A stretch of DNA of 64,000 nucleotides. It comes from Octopus sinensis. Its lineage: Eukaryota. The notes beneath the pieces are model-generated. The model was given only the letters and a program-made list of their open reading frames with translations. It did no database searches and was not told the origin of the DNA. Location of the stretch: contig NC_043000.1 in the NCBI RefSeq assembly GCF_006345805.1, positions 156,426,001 to 156,490,000 of the forward strand. Reading direction: 5' to 3'. The position numbers were made by a program, and so were the translations under genes. Within the stretch, counting starts at the first letter, position 1, and every line of letters starts with the position of its first letter. This document shows, one piece after another, positions 55,545-64,000 of the stretch.

Positions 55545-55874
55545 GCATGGCTCAGTGGTTAGAGCGTCGAGCTTACGATCGTGAGGTTGTGAGTTCGAAT
55601 CCCGGACCGGGTTGCGTGTTGTGTCCTTGAGCAAGACACTTTATTTCACGTTGCTCCAGTTTACTCAGCTGTAAAAATGAGTTGCGGCGTCACAAGGTGC
55701 CAAGCTGTATCGGCCCCTTTGCCTTTCCCTTGGATAACACTGGTGGCGTGGAGAGGGGAAGCCGGTATGCATGGGCGACTGCTGGTCTTCCATAAACAAT
55801 CTTGCCCGGACTTGTGCCTGGGAGGGTAACTTTCTAGGTGCAATCCCTCGGTCAGTCATGACCGAAGGGGGTCT
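55545..55874 (+). mobile_element. CORE-type SINE family C
   Basis: gcatggctcagtggttagagcgtcg..gagttcgaatcccggacc..atgaccgaagggggtc. Confidence 0.9.
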
Positions 55875-55915
55875 CAATATGTATGTATGTATGCATGCAT
55901 ATCTGTATGTAAGTA

Positions 55916-57195
55916 CGAGGGGCGTTCAATAAGTAATGCCCCTGACCCACTTCCCATAGCAGTAGAGCAACGAAACTTGGCACAGTTATTAGTCTTTTTC
56001 TACATAGGAACCACCCAGAGTTACGCATTTCTCCCATTGTTTGATGCAGCTCTGGAGACCGTTTTTGTAGAAGACCCCAGCTTGGTCCTCCAACCTGAAC
56101 GTGACTTCAGAAATCAAGGCTGCATCATCTGGGAAACGCTTTCCTTTCAAAAACAACTTCATGGCTGGGAAGAGGTGAAAATCAGAGGGTGCAAGGTCAG
56201 GAAAGTAGGGGGATGGGGGAGGAGTTCATAGCCATACGCCTGTGCTTCTGATCTGGCGACAAGCGAGTTGTGGACCGGAGCGTTGTCCTGCAGGAGGAGG
56301 ATGCCTTTGCTGATCTTGCCCCGTCTCTTGATTTTGATAACTTCTCTTAATTTCCTCAAAAGTGAAGCATAATAGGCTCCTGCAATTGTGGTACCCTTTG
56401 CCAGGAAATCTGTCATCACTACTCCGTCCTGGTCCCAGAAGACTGTGAGCATGACCTTGCCAGCGGAGGGCTGCACCCTTGCCTTCTTTGGAGGGGGTGA
56501 GTCATGGTGCTTCCACTGCATTGACTGGGCTTTGGTCTCTGGATCATCGTGATGGACCCAGGTTTCATCCTGTGTAATCAGTCTTTTGAAAAATTTTGAC
56601 TTGTCTTCTTGGCACATCTCCAAATTCACCCTCGAGCACTCGACGCGTTCTTGCTTCTGGAAAGGTGTGAGCAACCTGGAAATCTGTCTGGCAGACACCT
56701 TTTGCATATGCAAATGGTCATGAATGATAGTTTCCACAGACCCGGTACTAATCTTGACCTTATGGGCTATTTGGCGAATAGTTATGCGTTGACCTTCCAA
56801 AATAGCAGCCTCAACTTGACGGACAGACGTCTCATCAACGGCAGAAGGGGGCGACCAGATCTGGGAGCTGTTTCCACAGAGTTCCGACCATGTTTGAATT
56901 CACGATGCCAGCGTTTTACAAGGTCATATATTAGGGCATCATCACTATAAGTTACTTTCATTTCATCAAAAGTCTCCCGTGGTGTGCGTCCTTTCAAATA
57001 CAAAAACCGGATCACTGCTCGACGCTCAACAGGCTCCATTTCACACTTGACTCGGTTCAAACACCTGTAAATCAGAAACCACAATTAATTCAGAGCTGTA
57101 ATTTGCCACTTACTCTGTAGAGATATAAATGATTGCACATGCTAGATCAAACAACTGCAAGTGGGTCAGAGGCATTACTTATTGAACGTCCCTCG
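55916..57195 (-). mobile_element. Full-length mariner transposon (1280 bp) with frameshifted transposase (ATG 57039 to stop 55989)
   Basis: TA|cgaggggcgttcaataagtaatgcccctgacccact ... agtgggtcagaggcattacttattgaacgtccctcg|TA. Motifs KRWHREFKHGR..RSGRP, ITQDETWVHH, LLQDNAPVH, and HPP..PDLAPSDFHLF across frameshifts. Confidence 0.95.
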
Positions 57196-57674
57196 TATGT
57201 ATGTATGCATGCATGTATGTATGTCTAAGGGTGCGGACGAGTAAATTCTACTTGATATGATAGCATCTTTTAATGACTGATAAGCGACTTTGATGAGACC
57301 TAACGACAACTAAAATTACCTTCAAATGGGTTAAGACCCCCTTCGGTCATGAATGACCATGGGATTGCACCTAGAAAGTCCCCCTCCGATGCACAAGTCC
57401 GGACAAGGTTGTGCCAAGGAGAGTAATTTTCTAGGTGCTATCCCATGGTCAGTGTCGTGACCGAAAGGGACTCAGATATATACACAACACACGTATGGCA
57501 TGCATGTCTCTTATAGACGTTTGTCTGTTGTATGTTTACATATTGCTACATTTAATATTTTAAAATCTTTTACAAGTTTTAGTCGTTTGGACTACGGTTA
57601 TGTGGGAATGTCATTTCCAAGAATTTAATCGATCACGTCGATTCTAGTAGTTATTTCAGCGTAGAACTATTTTT

Positions 57675-58060
57675 TTCTACTCTAGGCACAAGGCTCGAAA
57701 TTTTTGGGGAGGAGGCAGTCGATTATATCGTCTCCAGTACGCAACAGGTACTTGATTTATCGTCCCCGAAAGGATGAAAGGCAAAGTCGACCTCAGCGGA
57801 ATTTGAACTTAGAACGTAAAGACTGACGAAATACCTATTTCTTTACAACCCTCAAGGGGCCAAACACGGGGAGGACAAACAAAGACAGACACACGGATTA
57901 AGTCGATTATATCGACCCCAGTGCGTAACTGGTACTTAATTTATCGACCCCGAAAGGATGAAAGGCAAAGTCGACATCGGAGGAATTTGAACTCAGAACG
58001 TAGCGGCAGACGAAATACTCATTTCTTTACTACCCACAACGGGCGAAACACAGAGAGGAC
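57675..58060 (-). mobile_element. SINE family B-related dimer (two tandem partial units)
   Basis: agtcgattatatcg..cgaaaggatgaaaggcaaagtcgac..ggaatttgaact..gacgaaatac occurs twice. Confidence 0.75.
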
Positions 58061-58533
58061 AGTTGTAATTTTAGTTCAGGAGTGCCGCCGAATTTTGAAA
58101 ACAATATAAGTGTACCGCAAGTGAAAAAATGGTTGCGAAGCACTGCTGTAAAGTCTTCAATGAAGTCAACAGTCGTCAAACAAAGTTATATTTGCATATA
58201 CAGATTAATATGCTTGTATGCATATATATGTGTGGGTGTATGTACATACATTATACACGACGAAGAAAATCCACGGTTATTTTCCAAATCAAGATAGTAA
58301 GAAAGCATGAAATAAGCAATTTTGAAATTTACTTTCCTGAAGTATTTGATTCTTTATATTTTGTTAACACCACGAAGTTTTGCTGTACCAGCAAACTTAT
58401 GATAGAACATCTTTGAAAATTATATTCTTTATTGAGTCGTCACCTCTTCTAACTTGAGAGTCGTTATCTATAATCTCTTCAAGAAGTAGATGCTCTCCAC
58501 AAAGAGCTATGTACAACCGTCCAAGAGAATATA

Positions 58534-59013
58534 CTGTAAATCCTCGAGTATAATCCGCACTTTTTCCCCAAAATTTAATGGTCAAAATCTCAAGTGCGTA
58601 CTATATACGATGTTAAAAATGAAAATTATTTTCTAAGCAATGTCCGAGTCTCTATTTGCTGTCCGGCAATGTTTATTCAGACACATTTTGTGATGTCGGG
58701 CGCGAAAATATCTTAAATCATCCATAACTTGCAGTTAGCAACATTAATTAAACGTTATTACTGTTATTTCTTTATTTTCTGCAAACAAAATGCACAAAAA
58801 AGCTACACGTTTGCATTATGTTATATATACAATAATAATAAAGGACGTTACCGTATACATTTTTACAAACCAAGGACGTTATATAAACCTCCTTGACTCA
58901 AGTTAGAGAAGGGGTGCGTATTATACACAAGGTTTAGGTTTTTCAGAGGTACAGCCCCCTAAAAATCCCCTGCGTGTTATACTCAAGGGCGGACTATACT
59001 CGAGGATTTACGG
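58534..59013. mobile_element. Tc1/mariner-superfamily (Tc2/pogo-like) MITE
   Basis: ta|ctgtaaatcctcgagtataatccgc ... gcggactatactcgaggatttacgg|ta. Confidence 0.8.
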
Positions 59014-59165
59014 TATTTATTCACGTTCCCTCATTCCCTTTCCCACTGTAAATAACTTATTTGAAGCATTGAATTTCTGTTCAAAGAATAATATGTATCC
59101 TTAAATCCTTAAAAATGTTTTAGCCCGAAGGCCGCGGCCATGCTGGGGCACCACCGCTGGGGAAT

Positions 59166-59280
59166 GCTTACAGCACCTAGGATTCCCAAGCGGTCACCCA
59201 TCTAAGTACTAACTAGGCTCGATGTTGTTTAACTACGGTGATCGGACGAGAACCGGTGCTTTCAACGTGATATGGCCGTA
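59166..59280 (-). pseudogene. 5S rRNA-derived sequence (head of a retroposed element 59099-59280)
   Basis: Minus strand tacggccatatcacgttgaaagcaccggttctcgtccgatcaccgtagttaaacaacatcgagcctagttagtacttagatgggtgaccgcttgggaatcctaggtgctgtaagc is metazoan 5S lacking ~3 nt at the 5' end. No oligo-T terminator follows directly. Confidence 0.92.
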
Positions 59281-59519
59281 ATGTATAGCAAACATTGTAA
59301 AGAATCTTGGTTAATGGAATTAAACCGAAAACCTGTTATATGATATTATTCAGCTATGGTACGGTTACATTGGTAACACTTTAATAAATCTTAATACGTT
59401 ATCATACTCTACCTTTACTTTCATATTAGAGGTAAGTGCATATAGCTGGACTTGAACCCCCACAGATTCTGTGAACGATGTCCAGTAGCTGGCACACTGA
59501 TCTGAGGATACTATGTATA

Positions 59520-59908
59520 TATTCTTTTATTCTTTTATTTTTTTCAGTCATTTTGACTGCGGCCATGCTGGAGCACCGCCTTTAGTCGAGCAAATTGACA
59601 CCAGGACTCATTCTTTGTGAGCCCAGTACTTATTCTATCGGTCTCTTTTGCCGAACCGCTAAGTTACGGGGACGTACACATAGCAGCATCGGTTGTCAAG
59701 GACAAACTCAGACACAGACAGACAGACACACACATATATATATACGACGGGCTTCTTTCAGTTTCCGTCTATCAAATCCACTCACAAGGCTTTGGTCGGC
59801 CCTAGGCTATAATAGAAGACACTTGCCCAAGGTGCAACGCAGTGGGACTGAACCCGGATCCATGTGGTTGGTAAACAAGCTACTTACCCCGCAGCTACTC
59901 CTGCGCCT
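59520..59908 (-). mobile_element. SINE family A
   Basis: Same sequence family as 7412-7797. Confidence 0.88.
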
Positions 59909-60224
59909 GTAAAAGCACTCCTATACTTAATTTAAAATATTTATTTTCTAGTTACAGGCATTTCGAATATCATAACGTGTTGTATCTATACGTTACCTCC
60001 GCTATTTCATTCAGTGCTTTATTAATCAACCGTGTTAAGAATAACACACACACACACACTTGTTGTAGTGGGGGATATGTATGTGCATATGAATAAATGT
60101 GTTAGTCAGACGAATGTGTGTACGCGTATGTATATATGTGTATGTGTGTGTGTCTAAATACATATATATATACATATATACATAAGTACGTACATACATA
60201 CGTACGTAATACATACGTACGTAC

Positions 60225-60257
<33 letters not shown>

Positions 60258-60259
60258 CA

Positions 60260-60318
<59 letters not shown>

Positions 60319-60475
60319 CATACATACATACACACATACATACATACACACACGCACACATACATACATACATACATACATACATACATACATACATACA
60401 TACATACATACATACATACACACACGCACACATACATACATACATACATACATACAACATACATACATACATACA

Positions 60476-60510
<35 letters not shown>

Positions 60511-61134
60511 GAGCACCTCCCAAAAGACGGGCACGTTCATCATAAACATCCTTCTCCCTTCCAATAAAAGCAAAACCATTTAAGTAACTATATATAATAT
60601 ATTATCAATTAAACTGTCAACACGCATCCTCTTAAAAATAACAATTCAACTCTCTGACACCACATAACCCTTCATACAGCCCTTCCAACCAGTACCATGT
60701 ACAGCATCTTGAAAATCTCAAGCATTCGTTATCATCATATATCTAAAATACTGATTTCATTAGTTTTATTACAACCGCAAATTCGCCCCTCAAACCTCAA
60801 ACTCTATAGTCATAAGCTATACTTCATCTTTTTACAAAATGACTCACTCTTGCTTTTGCGCTTATATTTCGTAGGACTGTTTATATATTTAAAGTATTTT
60901 TCCATTATGTTGCCATGCTTCTTTGTTTATTTGCTTTTCGTTGTTGTTGTTATCTATATATTTGCTTTTACTGCAAACCTGTAATTTTGTTCCACGGTTG
61001 GATTTGATTTTGCGGATGTAATTTTCCTTCTAAGAAGAACACACACAGCGATATATATATATATATCTTTTCTCGACTGATGAAGCGTACCACGAAATTT
61101 TAATGCCGTTCACTCACGCTTTGCCATGAACATT

Positions 61135-61357
61135 TATGAGGGAGCGCTGAAAGGTTCCTAGATTTAAGAGGGTATTACAGAGGGCCTGGCTGGATGCTCA
61201 GCCTTCTGAGTTCTTTTACGAGGCTTAGAAAAATTGAAAGGCTGCTGCAATAAGTGTGTGAATCTGAGAGAGGAATATATTGAATAAAATCATAATTAAC
61301 TGATCCTCTTGCATTTTCTTTTACTCAAAGCCAAGAACTTTTCTGCACCTCCTCGTA
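61135..61357. mobile_element. Mariner-derived MITE (second copy)
   Basis: tatgagggagcgctgaaaggttcc ... agaacttttctgcacctcctcgta. Homologous to 12873-13080. Confidence 0.75.
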
Positions 61358-61416
61358 TATGTGTGTGTGTCTGTGTATAAACATTATTATTTCTAAATCT
61401 CTCAACGAGTAACATT

Positions 61417-61548
<132 letters not shown>

Positions 61549-61650
61549 TATATAGAAGGAGCTTCTACAGGACTAGAACTGTTACTCTGCTATGTATTGA
61601 GTACCTTATTTACTGTGGTTAACCCCGAATCAACCGGGACCTACATATAT

Positions 61651-61689
<39 letters not shown>

Positions 61690-61852
61690 GGATCAAAACA
61701 GTTTGAAGGAGATCAGGTGACAAATTGGTACGTGTTGTAGTTTTGTTTTTATAGCAACAGTCCGGATATTTGTTGATCAGACTTCATATGTATGTATGCG
61801 GCATGTGTGTGTGTATGTATGTATGTATGTGTGTATGTGTGTGTGTATGTAC

Positions 61853-61883
<31 letters not shown>

Positions 61884-62341
61884 TGTATTATGTATGCGAT
61901 ATGTGTGTGTGTATGTATGTATGTATGTATGCATGCATGTATGTATGTATGTATGTATATGTGTGTGTATGTATGTATGTATGTATGTATGTGAGTGTGC
62001 GTGTTTGTGTGTGTATGTGCATTATGAATATATTATTATTTGTAATATATTTGTAACGAAAATTCCATTTACTTATTTCAACAAATCTCTTGCTCACAAA
62101 GTAAATATGCGACTATTTACATAAAATACTGAATTCTTACAATGTCCCCCTGGAATTGGTCAGTAAGTTAATTAAGCTCTCTTTGTAGAATCGAGTTGCC
62201 AACGGATTCCTGCGAGACATACAATCCCGTTGTTGAGGTAGGTGACAGTATAACAGAAAAATATTTGTACCTGATTTAGGAATGCTCCGCCTATGACTCA
62301 GTCAAGTGAAAACAGTTGCATATATTCATATATTTTAGTTT

Positions 62342-62725
62342 GGAGGCGCAATGGCCCAGTGGTTAGGGCAGCGGACTCGCGGTCGTAGGATCGCGGTTTC
62401 GATTCCCAGACCGGGCGTTGTGAGTGTTTATTGAGCGAAAACACCTAAAAGCTCCACGAGGCTCCGCCAGGGATGGTGGTGATCCCTGCTGTACTCTTTC
62501 ACCACAACTTTCTCTCACTCTTACTTCCTGTTTCTGTTGTACCTGTATTTCAAAGGGCCGGCCTTGTCACTCTCTGTGTCACGCTGAATATCCCCGAGAA
62601 CTACGTTAAGGGTACACGTGTCTGTGGAGTGCTCAGCCACTTACACGTTAATTTCACGAGCAGGCTGTTCCGTTGATCGGATCAACCGGAACCCTCATCG
62701 TCGTAACCGGCGGAGTGCTTCCATT
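62342..62725 (+). mobile_element. SINE family D
   Basis: Near-identical to 34403-34785. Flanking atattttagt duplication. Confidence 0.92.
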
Positions 62726-62809
62726 CCACATATTTTAGTGCAGCAAGATGTAGGGGATCGATTCTAGTAATCGCTTCTGGGTTTATTGTTATATTTTTTT
62801 TATATATTT

Positions 62810-63220
62810 TTATTAGTTTCAGCTCGAGGGTTGTGGTCATGCTGGGGTACCGCCAAGTGGTGTTATCACACCTTCATTAATCCTCCTTTAATAGTTGGTT
62901 TTTGATGAATGAAGGTGATTGATGCTGCTGCCCTCATTCTCACTTTCTGCCGTGAAGTTGGCTTATTTGGGACAGTAGAAAATCCAGTTTAGTCTTGAAG
63001 TCACCTACATCCACAACATGTAGGTCTCTCAGCTCGTTCAGGGGGATATTGAAGAGCTGTGGGTCCTTGAATCCCAAGCTATTGCAGTATCTAGCCCTGT
63101 TTTTTGACAGCAGGGAAGGAATTTTAGGCACTATGCAATGGCGTCCTGTCCTGGAGTTTGTATAACTTCCAACGCTAAAGTTTAGGAAAATCCTACCAAG
63201 ATCTTCCAGATGTATATTAT
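62810..63220 (-). mobile_element. CR1-like LINE 3' end (same family as 1-450) with intact 3' tail
   Basis: RYCNSLGFKDPQLFNIPLNELRDLH..FKTKLDFLLSQI. Tail ggcggtaccccagcatgaccacaaccctcgagctgaaactaataaaa. Confidence 0.8.
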
Positions 63221-63259
63221 TTGTTTTTATAACACATGGTTTCTTTTATTTTTATTTTT

Positions 63260-63662
63260 TTAATCTTTTACTTCTCTTAGTGGACGGCGGTCAAACCGGG
63301 GTACCACCTCGAAGGGTTTAGTCGAGTTTAGTATTTTGTTTTGTTAAGCTCTACATGTTCTGTTGACTCCTTTTTGCTGAACCGCTAAGTTACAGGCACC
63401 CAAACAAACCAACACCGGTTTTCAAGCGGTTGTGGGAGACAAAACACAAAGGCACACAAGTTCACACACGCAACACATACACATGTATGTATATACATAT
63501 ATACAATTGGCTTCCATACAGTTTCCATTTACCAAATTCACTCAGAAGCCATTGGTCGGCCTAGGGCTATAATAGAAATCTCATTTCCTATTTTGGCGCA
63601 AGGAGATTGAACCCGAAATCATGTGATTGCAAAGTGAGTTCCTTAATCACATAGCCATGCCT
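63260..63662 (-). mobile_element. SINE family A, old degenerate copy
   Basis: gctgaaccgctaagttac..ccaaattcactcagaagccattggtcggcctagggctataatagaa..cacatagccatgcc. Confidence 0.65.
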
Positions 63663-64000
63663 CTTTACAAATATATGCTCTCCATTACTGCAGCTCTTCT
63701 TTTATAATTCCATTCACATCTAGGATCCATTGCAAGAACATAACACCAATACTTGACGTATACTGTATTTTACCGATTCCAGAAGAAACACAGGCAAAGT
63801 TGATATTAGCACCATGGAAACTAAAAATATAAAAAGATATCAACTAAACAGTGCTGGCAATTTGTCTCACGCTCAACAGTTCCGGCTTCGCCAACTGTTA
63901 TGTAAATTAGACAAACCGGTTTAGTTACGTAGTTAGTATACACTATAGTTATGTAGTTCGTATACACTATAAATAGTTATAAGTTTAATTCTCTCCATGG

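Noticed and set aside
59166-59280. Functional 5S rRNA gene
   Set aside because: Missing 5' bases, several substitutions, no terminator, fused to a retroposon tail with a TSD.

Overview
Repeat-dense, AT-rich animal genomic DNA. The SINE families and the (TA)n/(TACA)n/(CTAT)n/(AAT)n landscape point to an octopus or other coleoid cephalopod; this is inferred from recognising the repeats. The only host coding sequence I can support is two in-phase minus-strand exons of a KCNQ (Kv7) potassium channel: 11006-10822 (end of S6 plus calmodulin-binding helix A) and 8402-8238 (A-B linker). Neither is in the ORF track. The rest looks intronic and is filled with degenerate LINEs (CR1-like, RTE, Tx1, R4/Dong, Hero), at least four tRNA-derived SINE families, mariner/Tc1/hAT/piggyBac-type elements and Helitron derivatives, with a 100-N gap at 36450-36549. 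Most notable: (i) a tandem array of ~470-bp units, each with a hammerhead ribozyme (retrozyme/Penelope-like), plus several dispersed minimal hammerheads; (ii) a 5S rRNA-headed SINE sharing its 3' tail with a LINE and a tRNA-SINE in the window; (iii) a partial duplicate of the KCNQ exon that could be an in-frame cassette using a SINE-derived acceptor; (iv) a SINE flanked by a perfect 77-bp duplication; (v) retroelements sorted by microsatellite type; (vi) long near-perfect hairpins. Almost all ORFs in the supplied track are microsatellite artefacts.
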